From Streptosporangiaceae bacterium (lineage in GTDB: Bacteria; Actinomycetota; Actinomycetes; Streptosporangiales; Streptosporangiaceae): 64,000 nt of DNA. Each line of letters starts with the position of its first letter. Position 1 is the stretch's first letter. The notes under the pieces were generated by a model, which searched no databases, was not told the origin of the DNA, and was given only the letters and a program-made list of their open reading frames with translations. The stretch is from the NCBI GenBank assembly GCA_035651595.1, contig DASRFJ010000316.1:1-64000 (forward strand). Reading direction: 5' to 3'. Below are positions 48,483 to 58,166 of the stretch, one piece after another. The position numbers and the translations under genes are program-made.

Positions 48483-49417
48483 GGCTGGCGACGATGGGCG
48501 TCGCGGCGGACTCCGCGGTCCAGATCACCGGACCGTGGGCGCATCGGACGGTCAGTGCGAACGGCACCAGGTTCCACGTCGCGGAGGCCGGCGACGGGCC
48601 GCTGGTGCTGCTGCTCCACGGCTTCCCCGAGTTCTGGTGGTCCTGGCGGCACCAGCTCACCAGCCTGCCGGAAGCGGGGTACCGCGCCGTCGCCGTGGAC
48701 CTGCGCGGCTACGGCGGCAGCGACAAGCCACCGCGCGGCTATGACCTCGTCACCGCCGCCGCGGACGCGGCCGGCCTGGTACGCGCCCTCGGCGAGGCGA
48801 ACGCGGTCGTGGCCGGGCACGACTGGGGCGGCCTGATCGCGTGGACCCTCGCCGCCTACTACCCGAAGGTCGTCCGCAGGCTCGCCGTGGTCTCCATGGC
48901 ACACCCGCTGCGGATGCGTTCCGCGGTGTTCACCGACCCGCTCGGCCAGGGCCGGCGCAGCGGGTACGCGTTCGGTTTCCAGCTGCCGCGACGCCCCGAG
49001 CACCAGCTCGTCCGCGACGGCGCCGCCAGGGTCAGGCAACTGCTGGACAACTGGTCCGGCCCCGGCTGGCCGGACCCGGACACCGCGCGCACTTACCAGC
49101 GGGCGATCCGGATCCCCTCGGTCGCGCACTCCGCGCTGGAATACCAGCGATGGTTCGTCCGCAGCACGATCCGCCCCGACGGGCTCCGCTACGCCCGGCG
49201 GATGCGCTCCCCGGTGCAGGCGCCCGTCCTGCACCTGCACGGCGCGCTCGACACCTGCGTGCTGCCGCAGACCGCACGCGGCGCCGGGCGGTACGTGGAC
49301 GGCGCCTACCGGTGGCGGGTCATCGACGGTGCCGGGCACTTCCCCCACGAGGAACGCCCGGACAGCTTCAACACCGAGCTGACCGGCTGGCTGGCAGATC
49401 CAGAACCAGAACGCTGA
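48479..49417 (+). CDS. alpha/beta hydrolase (epoxide hydrolase / haloalkane dehalogenase-like)
   Basis: HGFPEFWWSWR motif, nucleophile elbow GHDWGG, and the catalytic His near the C-terminus. Confidence 0.8.
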   Translation: MRLATMGVAADSAVQITGPWAHRTVSANGTRFHVAEAGDGPLVLLLHGFPEFWWSWRHQLTSLPEAGYRAVAVDLRGYGGSDKPPRGYDLVTAAADAAGLVRALGEANAVVAGHDWGGLIAWTLAAYYPKVVRRLAVVSMAHPLRMRSAVFTDPLGQGRRSGYAFGFQLPRRPEHQLVRDGAARVRQLLDNWSGPGWPDPDTARTYQRAIRIPSVAHSALEYQRWFVRSTIRPDGLRYARRMRSPVQAPVLHLHGALDTCVLPQTARGAGRYVDGAYRWRVIDGAGHFPHEERPDSFNTELTGWLADPEPER

Positions 49418-49893
49418 TGAGAGATCGCGACCAGGCTGGCAGGCCCCGTAACGCGAGGCCGCGCGACGCTCTCGGCCGCCCGCTCCCCCGCGGTTCCGGT
49501 GACGAACCGCGCATCCCCGACGACCTGTCGCTGCCGCCGGACCAGACCGTGCGGCTGGCGGACCAGCTGCTCCGCGATGGGCGGCCGTTCCACGCCCACG
49601 AGGTGCTCGAAGCGGCCTGGAAAACCGGGCTGGCGGACGAACGCGACCTATGGCAAGGGCTGGCGCAGATCGCGGTCGGCCTCACCCACGCGCACCGCGG
49701 CAACGCGCGCGGAGCGGTCACGCTGCTGCGCCGCGGGGCGCAGCGGGCCGGTGAGTCCCGGCCACCGGACAGCTACGGCATGGACCTCGAGGCGATGACG
49801 GCGGCGGCGCGTACGCTGGCCGACGACATCGAGCGGGACGGGCTGGCGAACATTCCCCCAGCGGCGCTCTGCCCGCCGCTACAGCGCCGCTAG
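49417..49893 (+). CDS. DUF309 domain protein
   Basis: Segment FHAHEVLEAAWK...LWQGLAQIAVGLTHAHRGN is typical of DUF309. Its ATG overlaps the preceding TGA by 1 nt. Confidence 0.55.
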   Translation: MRDRDQAGRPRNARPRDALGRPLPRGSGDEPRIPDDLSLPPDQTVRLADQLLRDGRPFHAHEVLEAAWKTGLADERDLWQGLAQIAVGLTHAHRGNARGAVTLLRRGAQRAGESRPPDSYGMDLEAMTAAARTLADDIERDGLANIPPAALCPPLQRR

Positions 49894-49897
49894 AGGC

Positions 49898-51094
49898 TTA
49901 GTCGCAGCCCTGGGTGGACACCTGAGTGGTGGCCTCCATGCCCGCCTGCACGTCCGGCATGACCTCGTCCGCGGTCAGCGCGAAACCGATGTCGGACACG
50001 CCCACCGCCGCGGCGAACACCACCCCGTCGACGTTGCCCTCGGGGGACAGCAGCGGGCCGCCCGAGTTGCCCTCCTCCACGATCGCCCGGATCTCGTAGA
50101 TCTGCCTGGTCACGGTCTGGGTCTGATAGATGTTCGGCCCCTGCGCGTCCTGGATCCCGCCGATCCTGGCCGGCGCCTGCTGGAGCGAAGTCGCGTTCAG
50201 CGGGTACCCCGCGACCACCGCGTCGTCACCCGCGCCGGCTGTCCCGGCGAAGTGCAGCGGGGAGAGCCCCAGGCCCCGCACGTAGAGCACCGCCACGTCC
50301 ACCTCGGGGTCGTAGTAGACCACGGTCGCGGGCAGCTGCCTGCCGTCCGTGGTGGTCACCCGCTGGTCCGAAGTCACCCCGGCGACCACGTGCGCGTTGG
50401 TGAGGACGTGGTCGGGCGAGATGACGAAGCCCGAGCCCTCGATGATCTTCCCGCAGCTTGGCGCCATGCCCTGCACCTTGACGACGCGGGTGCGTGCCGC
50501 CTGGTACCCGGCCCGGTCCAGCACGGCGGGGTCCGGGGCCGGTATCGCCAGGATCCGGTCCTCCCCGATCCTGCCGAACACCTCCGCGTAGGTGCTGTTG
50601 CTGTTCAGCAGGCGGCGGAAGTCGGAAAACATCGTGCGGGCCGGCGTCGGCATGAACTTGTCCAGCGTCCGCAGCACGAGCGAGTTGCTCACCTGCTGGT
50701 CCACGACGGGGAACGGCGAGCCGTTCAGCACGGTACCGACCACCCAGGCGATCAGCAGCACGGACACAATGCTCACCACGGCGCCGCCGGCCGAGTCCGC
50801 CACGGTCGCCGAGTGCCAGGTCACCGTCGACCGCATCGCGGCGCCGACCGCGGAGGCGACGAACTGCCCGATCACCGCGAAGCTCACCAGCAGGATGACC
50901 GCGACGATGCTCTGCTGGGTCTGCCCGCCGACCAGTACCCGGGAGATGGCGGGCCCGAACTCGGCGCCGAGCAGCGCCCCGCCGACGAACCCGAAAAAGC
51001 TGAGAATGCCGACGATGAAGCCCTGCCGGTATCCCGAGACCGCGAAGGCAGCGACCACCACGATCAGCAGGAGGTCGAGCACGTCACCGCTCAC
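49898..51094 (-). CDS. marP: MarP-family membrane serine protease (Rv3671c-like)
   Basis: Four N-terminal TM helices (CvpA-like) plus a trypsin-like domain with the His (LTNAHVV) and Ser (GNSGGP) sites. Confidence 0.8.
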   Translation of the reverse strand: MSGDVLDLLLIVVVAAFAVSGYRQGFIVGILSFFGFVGGALLGAEFGPAISRVLVGGQTQQSIVAVILLVSFAVIGQFVASAVGAAMRSTVTWHSATVADSAGGAVVSIVSVLLIAWVVGTVLNGSPFPVVDQQVSNSLVLRTLDKFMPTPARTMFSDFRRLLNSNSTYAEVFGRIGEDRILAIPAPDPAVLDRAGYQAARTRVVKVQGMAPSCGKIIEGSGFVISPDHVLTNAHVVAGVTSDQRVTTTDGRQLPATVVYYDPEVDVAVLYVRGLGLSPLHFAGTAGAGDDAVVAGYPLNATSLQQAPARIGGIQDAQGPNIYQTQTVTRQIYEIRAIVEEGNSGGPLLSPEGNVDGVVFAAAVGVSDIGFALTADEVMPDVQAGMEATTQVSTQGCD

Positions 51095-51121
51095 AACGTC
51101 AACGGTATAGCGTGCCGGGCA

Positions 51122-51763
51122 CTAGCGAGCCCGCATCGGTACGTCGATGACCGTCGATGTGTCCCACGGGCGTTCCCAGCCGCCGAGCCGCAGCAGCCGG
51201 TCGACGATCAGCGCGGTAAAACCCCAGACCAGCATGCCCCGGACCCGGAAGGCAGGGGACGCGTACCCGCCGGCGCCGCGGACCAGCAGGCGCGCCGCCG
51301 GATCGGCCAGCTCGCGGACCGGGACCCGCTCCACCGCCGCGACCTCAGCCGGGTCGACGGGCGCGACCGCGCACGGCCGCCGCCACCACGCGAGCACCGG
51401 CACTACCCGGAACCCGGTCCGCGGGATGAACAGCTCGGGCAGCGTGCCGAGCACGTCGACGCCGTCCGGATCCAGACCGGTCTCCTCGACCGCCTCCCGC
51501 AGCGCCGCGGCCACCGGGCCGTCGTCGGCGGCGTCGATCGAGCCGCCGGGGAACGCCGGCTGCCCCGGATGATGCCGCAGCCCCTCACTGCGCTGGATCA
51601 GCAGCAGGTCAGGACCTTCCCCGAACAAAATGAGGACCGCCGACGGCTTCCCGCCGCCGTCCGCCGGCGGTGTCAGCGGCCCCGACTCCATCTGGCTGGC
51701 CGCCGCCGACAGCTTCGCCAGCCACTCCGGTATTTCTGCCGAACGACCGGTGGTTTCACTCAC
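51122..51763 (-). CDS. NUDIX hydrolase (CoA pyrophosphatase-like)
   Basis: Nudix box [29 protein letters not shown] overlap with the nth stop. Confidence 0.65.
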   Translation of the reverse strand: MSETTGRSAEIPEWLAKLSAAASQMESGPLTPPADGGGKPSAVLILFGEGPDLLLIQRSEGLRHHPGQPAFPGGSIDAADDGPVAAALREAVEETGLDPDGVDVLGTLPELFIPRTGFRVVPVLAWWRRPCAVAPVDPAEVAAVERVPVRELADPAARLLVRGAGGYASPAFRVRGMLVWGFTALIVDRLLRLGGWERPWDTSTVIDVPMRAR

Positions 51764-52515
51764 GAGAACGGGCCGGCCTTCACCAGCTTGGCGGCCTCCT
51801 TCGGGTCGACGGGCCCTTCCCCGAAGGACGGGCACAACCGGGCGATCGCGCACGCGCCGCACGCTGGCTTACGGGCATGGCAGACCCGGCGGCCGTGCCA
51901 GATCAGCCGGTGCGACAGCATGGTCCACTCTCGTTTGGGGACGAGCTCGCCGACCTCGGCCTCGACCTTGTCCGGTTCGGTGCTGGTGGTCCAGCCGAAC
52001 CGGCGGGCCAGCCGCCCGAAGTGTGTGTCCACCGTGATGCCCGGGATGCCGAAGGCGTTGCCGAGGACCACGTTGGCGGTCTTCCGGCCGACCCCCGGGA
52101 GGGTGACCAGGTCCTCGAGCTTGCGCGGCACCTCACCGCCGAACCTGTCCCGTAGCGCGACGGAAAGCCCGATCACCGACTTGGTCTTGGCACGGAAGAA
52201 CCCGGTCGGCTTCAGTATCGTCTCGACCACTTCAGGGTCCGCCGCGGCCAGGTCCTCCGGTGTCGGGTACTTGGCGTACAGCGTCGGCGCGGTCAAGTTC
52301 ACCCGCACGTCGGTGGTCTGCGCGGAAAGCACGGTCGAGATCAGCAACTGGAAGGCGTTCTCGAAGTTCAGCTCGCAGTGCGCGTCCGGGTAGACCTGCG
52401 CGAGCTCGCGGTCGATCTGCCGGGCCCGGCGCACCAGGCCGAGATGCGTCTCGTTCTGCCATTTGCGCGCTCGCGCTCGCGGGGCCTTAGCCTGGTCCGC
52501 CTGGACTTCCGTCAT
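51760..52515 (-). CDS. nth: endonuclease III
   Basis: HhH-GPD motif ([13 protein letters not shown]) and the 4Fe-4S cluster CxxxxxxCxxCxxxxxC at the C-terminus. Own GGAGG RBS before the ATG at 52515. Confidence 0.85.
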   Translation of the reverse strand: MTEVQADQAKAPRARARKWQNETHLGLVRRARQIDRELAQVYPDAHCELNFENAFQLLISTVLSAQTTDVRVNLTAPTLYAKYPTPEDLAAADPEVVETILKPTGFFRAKTKSVIGLSVALRDRFGGEVPRKLEDLVTLPGVGRKTANVVLGNAFGIPGITVDTHFGRLARRFGWTTSTEPDKVEAEVGELVPKREWTMLSHRLIWHGRRVCHARKPACGACAIARLCPSFGEGPVDPKEAAKLVKAGPFS

Positions 52516-54345
52516 GGCCTCCACTGTAGAGGCACGGCGCCCCGCGCTCCCCACATAACCGTGGCCGGATAACGACGGGGACCGGGTCGGCCGCGGGTAG
52601 CGCGGGGACGGGGATGGCGGCGGGCTGGTCACCGATGGCGTGGGCGGGGGCGAGGGCGGCGGAGAGGACGCCGACGGCGACCCCGCCGTCGGCGTGGGCG
52701 AGCCGGACGGGGACGGAGACGGGGTGGGCGACGACGGGGACGGGGTGGGCGTCGGCGTGGGGGTAGGAGTGGGCGTCGGCCGCGGCGGCCTGGGCCAGGC
52801 GCCCGACCAGAGCACCCGGATCGTCTGCGCGGCGGACGTGCCCTGGTCCAGGTAGATGCTGGCGCTGCCAGGACGGTTGCCTGCCCGGTTGATGGTGACG
52901 ACGATCGTGACGCTCTGCCCCGCGCGCAGGACGCCGTCATACCCGCTGAGCGTGATGGCGCCCGACGAGGTCGCGGCGCTCCAGGTGGCCGAGCCGCCCT
53001 GCGCGGTCAGCACGATCGTGCCCGCGGACCCCGAGCCGACGTCGAGCATGTCCGGCGTGGCGGTTAGCGCCCCCCGGCCCCGGCCAGGCCTGGGCGGCGG
53101 TGACGGCTGCCCGGTGACCTGGGCACCGGGAACGCGCGGCGGCAGTGGCCCTGGACCCTGACTGGGAGTGCCCGGCAGCGGCTTGGTCAGCGTGGTGAAC
53201 ACCGCCACGCCCGTGCTGGCCGTGGGCAGCGCTACCGGCAGGGGGGCGGCCGCCGATGTCGGGTGGGCGTGCCCGATCGGCAGCGCGCCAATCGCCCCGG
53301 CACCCTGCCGCCGCGCCTGCGGGCCACCCGGCTGAGCCGACCCGGCGGCAGGCTGCCCAGTACGGTGGCGGCCGCCACCGGGATGCTCGATCGCGATCGT
53401 CGACACGACAACGGCGACAGCCACCGAGACGGCGGCCGCGGCGATCGCCGTCCAGAATCTCCCCCGGGGGACGAGCTGTTTCCCCCCGGGGGCAACCCCC
53501 CGGTGACCCCCCGACTGGGGGGCTATCCGCCCCCCAGACCCCCGGACCCCCGACTGGGGGGGTGTCCGCCTCCCAGGCCCCCGGACCTCGACGGGACGCG
53601 GCTGGACGCGCGGCGGGATCTGGGGTGGAATGGCGCGGGCGATCGCGAACTCGCGATATGCCTCCGTTTGCGGGTCCTCGGCGAAAGCGAGTACCAGCGC
53701 GCGGGCGGCGGGCGGCAGTGAAATGTCCGGGAGCAACCCGAAAACGCGGGCCGCGGAAACATTGCGGGGCAGATTGGGCCCGCACACCGGGCACGAGGCG
53801 GCGTGCCGCAGGACGCGGTCCCGCAATTCGCCGGTCATCGTGCCGGCCCAGCCGCGCAGCACCTCGGCACGGTCCGGGCAGGCATGGCTCGCGCGGCTGA
53901 CGACGATCTCGGCCCCCAGCGCCCGCACCAGGTCATGGCGGGCCCGGTCGAGCAGCCCATGCGCGTCAGGGACGCCTAGCACGATGCCGAGGTCGACGTC
54001 GTGCCGGCACGCGAGTTCCAGCACCTCCGCGGTGGCTGGATCCATGCTGGTCACGGCGTTCCACGCCATCAGCCGGGAGTCGGCGTCCGGCTGGCTGGGC
54101 CGGGCCGGGGGCTCGTCCGCATCGGCGGGCACCACCGGGCGACGGCGGCGGCATTCTTCCCTGGCGAGCGCGTAGAGCGACTCCGGACCGGCCAGCAGGT
54201 CAATGTGCGCGGCGGCGACCAGCGTGTCGCGCAGCGCGATATGTGCCATATCGCGGTTTCGAAGCAAGAACCAGCAATAACGGAATAGCCGGTCCGCATA
54301 TGCGTCAAACAGTTCTGCCAGTGCGGCAAGCTCGGGGTCTTTCAT
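52516..54345 (-). CDS. second ECF-sigma-like (regions 2+4) + ZAS motif + TM + Pro/Thr/Ser-rich membrane protein; reads through in-frame into nth with no stop
   Basis: Sigma region 2-like ([22 protein letters not shown]), region 4-like HTH ([23 protein letters not shown]), HxxxCxxC ([10 protein letters not shown]), TM ([18 protein letters not shown]), and a long [10 protein letters not shown] tail. Confidence 0.55.
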
Positions 54346-54355
54346 ACCGAAAAAG

Positions 54356-55186
54356 CTAGAGCAAACGCTTGCGGTCAGCCACCCATTCAGCGCTATTTCC
54401 TAAGTGCGGCGAATAGTTATAGTTGCGCGCACATATTGCGCATTTTGCCGGATCATAAGGGGCATTGCCGACTCGTGCCGCGAACGCCGCGACGGCCGGA
54501 TCCGCGGCGTTCACGTAGCGGCCGAGCACCACGGCGCTGACGCTCGCCGCCCCCGCCAGCTTCAGGGACGCCGAGGCGGATTGCACGCTCGCCCCGGAGA
54601 CCCAGGTGTCATCGAGCAGCAGGATGCGCGCGCCGCGCACCGCCGCGTCCGCGGTGAACCGGCCGGTGTCCAGATCGCGTCCCTGCGCGCCCGGGCGCAG
54701 CGTCAGCGCGGCCGGCGGCAGGCGCAGGTACGGCGCGACGAGGCGAGCCAGCGGATGCGCCCCGGGCCGCCCGTACCCGGACGGGACCACGGCGAGCCGG
54801 TCCGGGACCCCGGCCCGCGACACGCAGCCACCATGGTCGCGCAAGAAAACCAGCAGCAGCGAAACCAGCGTCGTCCCCGCCGCGACCGCACCGCGCATCT
54901 CCGACTTGTAGCGCCACAGGCACCCGGTCAGCGCACTGCCGCGCACCGCGTACGAGACCGGCACCACGGTGTCGGCCAGCAGGCGCCCGCCGAGCGCGGC
55001 GTGCCGGTCGCACTGCACGCAGCGCGCGTACCCGGCTCCGGCAGGCCCGCGGCACACCACGCAGCCGTCCAGCAGCGGCTGCCGCAGACCAGGCAGCTGA
55101 CGCACCCGCGCCCGGAGCCGGTCCCAGGGATCGGAGGGTGCCGGCATGTGCCGATAGTACGGACCAGCACCGTCAAAACCAGGCAC
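54356..55186 (-). CDS. ComF-family phosphoribosyltransferase-domain protein
   Basis: N-terminal CxxC...CxxC zinc ribbon plus a PRTase motif ([13 protein letters not shown]). The start could instead be the ATG at 55147. Confidence 0.65.
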   Translation of the reverse strand: MPGFDGAGPYYRHMPAPSDPWDRLRARVRQLPGLRQPLLDGCVVCRGPAGAGYARCVQCDRHAALGGRLLADTVVPVSYAVRGSALTGCLWRYKSEMRGAVAAGTTLVSLLLVFLRDHGGCVSRAGVPDRLAVVPSGYGRPGAHPLARLVAPYLRLPPAALTLRPGAQGRDLDTGRFTADAAVRGARILLLDDTWVSGASVQSASASLKLAGAASVSAVVLGRYVNAADPAVAAFAARVGNAPYDPAKCAICARNYNYSPHLGNSAEWVADRKRLL

Positions 55187-55194
55187 AATGAGGC

Positions 55195-56679
55195 GTGACG
55201 ACTGGGAGCAAGCTCGTGCGAAAGCACTGGGTATTCTCGGTGTTGCTCCTGGCCGGGCTGGTGCTGCGGGTGGCCGCGCAGATCGGTTACCAGCCCGCGC
55301 TGCTGTACATCGACTCCAAGAAGTACCTGTTCGGCACCGAGGTCCGGAGCTGGGGCGCGTTCGATCCGCTCGGCTACCTGCTGTTCGTGCTGCGTCCGGT
55401 GCTGTGGTTCGGGAACCTGGCGGTCGTCGCCGTGATTCAGCACGTGCTCGGTATCGTGCTCGCGGTCACCCTGTACCTGCTGCTGCGCCGGCTCGGCGTG
55501 GCCGAGTGGCTGGCGGCGCTGGCCACCGCCCCGGTGTTGCTCGACGGATATCAGCTGGTGGCCGAGCAGACAATCATGCCGGACACGCTGTTCGAGGTGC
55601 TCGTCGTGGCGGCTCTGGCCATCCTGCTCTGGCAGCCCGGTACCCAGCCGCGGCTCACCGCCGTCGCGGTCGCCGCGCTCGCCCTCGGCACGTCGGCGAT
55701 AGTCCGGCAGGTGGGCGAGGTGCTGATCGTGCCCGCCCTGGTGTTCGCGCTGGCGGCGACCCGCGGCTGGCGGACCCGGCTGCTACACGCGGGCGTGCTG
55801 ACCGCGTGTTTCGCGCTGCCGGTCCTGGGCTACATGACCTGGTCGGAGTTCGGCCTGCACAGCGGCTTCGAGCTGTCCGACCTCGGCGATGAGTACCTCT
55901 ACGGCCGGGCCGCGCACGCCGCCGACTGCGCCACGCTCACGATCCCGGCCGACCAGTGGTCACTGTGCCCGAAGGCCGCCGCTGCCGCGGCGCTCGGCGT
56001 GGACGGCCTAGTCAACACCGGGCTGCCGGCCAGCGAGACGTACGCCGGAACCGGGCCGCCGCTGCCGGCGGACGCGAACCCGGGGGCCATCCAGCGCCAG
56101 TTCGCGTACGCGGTGATCCGGCAGCAGCCGCTGCGCGTCGCCGGCGACATCGCATCGGACGCGATCAAGCTGTTCGCGCTCACCAGGGACGGCAGCCCCG
56201 GCGACACGCCGATCTCCCGGTGGCAGTTCCAGGACGGCTATCCGTATTACCCGCCCGGCATCACCCCGGACGGAGCGACGAGCGCGAACGTCATCTTCAC
56301 GCTGTCCGGCGGCGGCACCGTGCACGTCGTCCGCCCGCTCGCCACGGCGCTGCGTGGCTACCAGCTGCACGGCGGCTACACGCCCGGGCCGGTCTTCGGT
56401 CTCGCACTGCTGGCGGGCCTCGGCGGGATCGTCGCGTTCCGCCGACTGGGCGAGTCCTGGCTCGCCCTCGGCTGTGTGCTGATCACCGGCACTGGCGTAG
56501 CCTTGCTGCTTGGCGCCGACATGTACGAGTTCTCCTGGCGCTATCAGCTGCCCGCCCTCGTCACGCTGCCGGTCGCGGGCGCGCTCGGCGCGACCGCGCT
56601 CGCCCGGCTGTACCAGCGCCGGCGCGCCGGTGCCGGCGAGCAACCGGCGGCGACGTTGCCTACTCAGGAGGTTGTCTAG
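55195..56679 (+). CDS. polytopic membrane protein, putative GT-C-type glycosyltransferase
   Basis: About 11 TM helices; a paralog begins at 63497. Family assignment is tentative. Confidence 0.45.
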   Translation: MTTGSKLVRKHWVFSVLLLAGLVLRVAAQIGYQPALLYIDSKKYLFGTEVRSWGAFDPLGYLLFVLRPVLWFGNLAVVAVIQHVLGIVLAVTLYLLLRRLGVAEWLAALATAPVLLDGYQLVAEQTIMPDTLFEVLVVAALAILLWQPGTQPRLTAVAVAALALGTSAIVRQVGEVLIVPALVFALAATRGWRTRLLHAGVLTACFALPVLGYMTWSEFGLHSGFELSDLGDEYLYGRAAHAADCATLTIPADQWSLCPKAAAAAALGVDGLVNTGLPASETYAGTGPPLPADANPGAIQRQFAYAVIRQQPLRVAGDIASDAIKLFALTRDGSPGDTPISRWQFQDGYPYYPPGITPDGATSANVIFTLSGGGTVHVVRPLATALRGYQLHGGYTPGPVFGLALLAGLGGIVAFRRLGESWLALGCVLITGTGVALLLGADMYEFSWRYQLPALVTLPVAGALGATALARLYQRRRAGAGEQPAATLPTQEVV

Positions 56680-57269
56680 TGACGGTGCGCACGCTCGGGT
56701 CCGGCGTCGTGTACGAAGACGCGTGGATCCGGCTACGCAAGGACGACATCGAGCGGCCGAACGGCCTGCGCGGCACCTACGCGTTCGTGGAGAAGCCAGA
56801 CTTCGCGCTGGTCATCCCCGCCGAGAACGACGGCTTCCACCTGGTCGAGGAGTACCGGTACCCGATCGCCCGGCGCACCTGGTCGTTCCCGCAGGGCGGC
56901 TTCCCGCCGGGCACGACCGGCGCACCCGACGAACTCGCCAGGCTGGAACTCGCCCAGGAAACGGGCCTGCGCGCCGGGACGCTCACCAAGCTTGGCTACC
57001 TGCACTGCGCGCACGGCATCAGCAACCAGGGCGGGCACCTCTACCTCGCGACGGACCTCACTCCCGGCGAGCCGGACCGGGAGCCGGAAGAGCAGGACAT
57101 GCGCCAGGCCTGGGTGCCGCGCGGCGAGTTCGAGCAGATGATCGCCGACGGCGTCATCACCGACGACTCGACCCTGGCCGCCTACGCCCTCCTCCTCATC
57201 GCCGAACGCCGGCGGGGGTTACAGCAGGGGGGCGAAGAGGTCGCCGTGCTCGGCGACCCGGGCCGCTAG
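56679..57269 (+). CDS. NUDIX hydrolase
   Basis: Nudix-like box FPQGGFPPGTTGAPDELARLELAQETGL. Its GTG overlaps the preceding TAG by 1 nt. Confidence 0.65.
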   Translation: MTVRTLGSGVVYEDAWIRLRKDDIERPNGLRGTYAFVEKPDFALVIPAENDGFHLVEEYRYPIARRTWSFPQGGFPPGTTGAPDELARLELAQETGLRAGTLTKLGYLHCAHGISNQGGHLYLATDLTPGEPDREPEEQDMRQAWVPRGEFEQMIADGVITDDSTLAAYALLLIAERRRGLQQGGEEVAVLGDPGR

Positions 57270-58166
57270 ATCTTCGGCGGTGAAGAAAAGGTCGCCCGGC
57301 TGTTTGCAGGCCGCTACTTCGTCCCAGGTCAGGGGCGTCGACACGGTGGGGTTCTCGCGGGCGCGCAGCGAATAGGGGGCCACGGTGGTCTTCTTGCCGT
57401 TGTTCTGGCTCCAGTCGATGAACACGCGGCCGGTGCGCAGCGACTTGGTCATGCGGGAGGTCACCCGCTTCGGGTCGTCATGCTCCAGGCGCTCGGCGTA
57501 GCTCCGGGCCAGGTCGCTGGCCTGGGCGGCGGTCATCCCGTCGATCCGCGCGTAGAGCTGCATGCCCTTCCCGCCGGAGGTCTTGGCCAACGGTTCCAGG
57601 CCGTCGGCGCGGAGCAGCGGCCGCAGATCGAGTGCCACGCGGCTGCACTCCACGATCGTGGCCGGCAGGCCCGGGTCCAGGTCGAAGACAAGCAGATCTG
57701 GCTCGCGCTCCTCGCCCTCGGGCACCGGGCCGTCGCCTGGTCGGGGGGTCTGGGGGGCGGACAGCCCCCCGGTCGAGGGAATTCGCCACATCGGGGCGTG
57801 CAGTTCAAGGCCGGCCAGGTTGGCGACCCAGATCAGCGCCGGCAGGTCGTCTACCACCAGGTATCTCACCGTCTCGCCGCGCGCCCGGGAGCTGCGCGAA
57901 TGCACCACCACCGTGCGGATCCAGTCCGGGCGGTGGTCCGGCGCGTGCTTGGCGAAGAACGCCTGGCCGTCCACGCCGTCCGGATACCGCTTCAGGGTCA
58001 GCGGGCGGTTCGTGATGTGCGGCAGCAGCACGGGCGCGACCTGCTGGTAGTAGGACAGCACCTCCGCCTTGGTGAACCCGGTCTGCGGGTACAGCACCTT
58101 GCCCAGGTTGCTCAGCGTCAGCGTGCGGCCCTCGACCTGGACCGCGACCTTCTCCTCAGGGCTCAC
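57219..58166 (-). CDS. ligD: NHEJ LigD polymerase/primase domain protein
   Basis: Sequence LTLSNLGKVLYP...KRYPDG...RVFIDWSQN is typical of PolDom. Confidence 0.8.
   Translation of the reverse strand: MSPEEKVAVQVEGRTLTLSNLGKVLYPQTGFTKAEVLSYYQQVAPVLLPHITNRPLTLKRYPDGVDGQAFFAKHAPDHRPDWIRTVVVHSRSSRARGETVRYLVVDDLPALIWVANLAGLELHAPMWRIPSTGGLSAPQTPRPGDGPVPEGEEREPDLLVFDLDPGLPATIVECSRVALDLRPLLRADGLEPLAKTSGGKGMQLYARIDGMTAAQASDLARSYAERLEHDDPKRVTSRMTKSLRTGRVFIDWSQNNGKKTTVAPYSLRARENPTVSTPLTWDEVAACKQPGDLFFTAEDLAARVAEHGDLFAPLL

Noticed and set aside
55956-56678. 240 aa N-terminal extension of the Nudix ORF (and 59921..60595 before the patatin gene)
   Set aside because: Both extensions are alternative-frame overlaps of the upstream genes. 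The real starts coincide with 1-4 nt stop/start overlaps.
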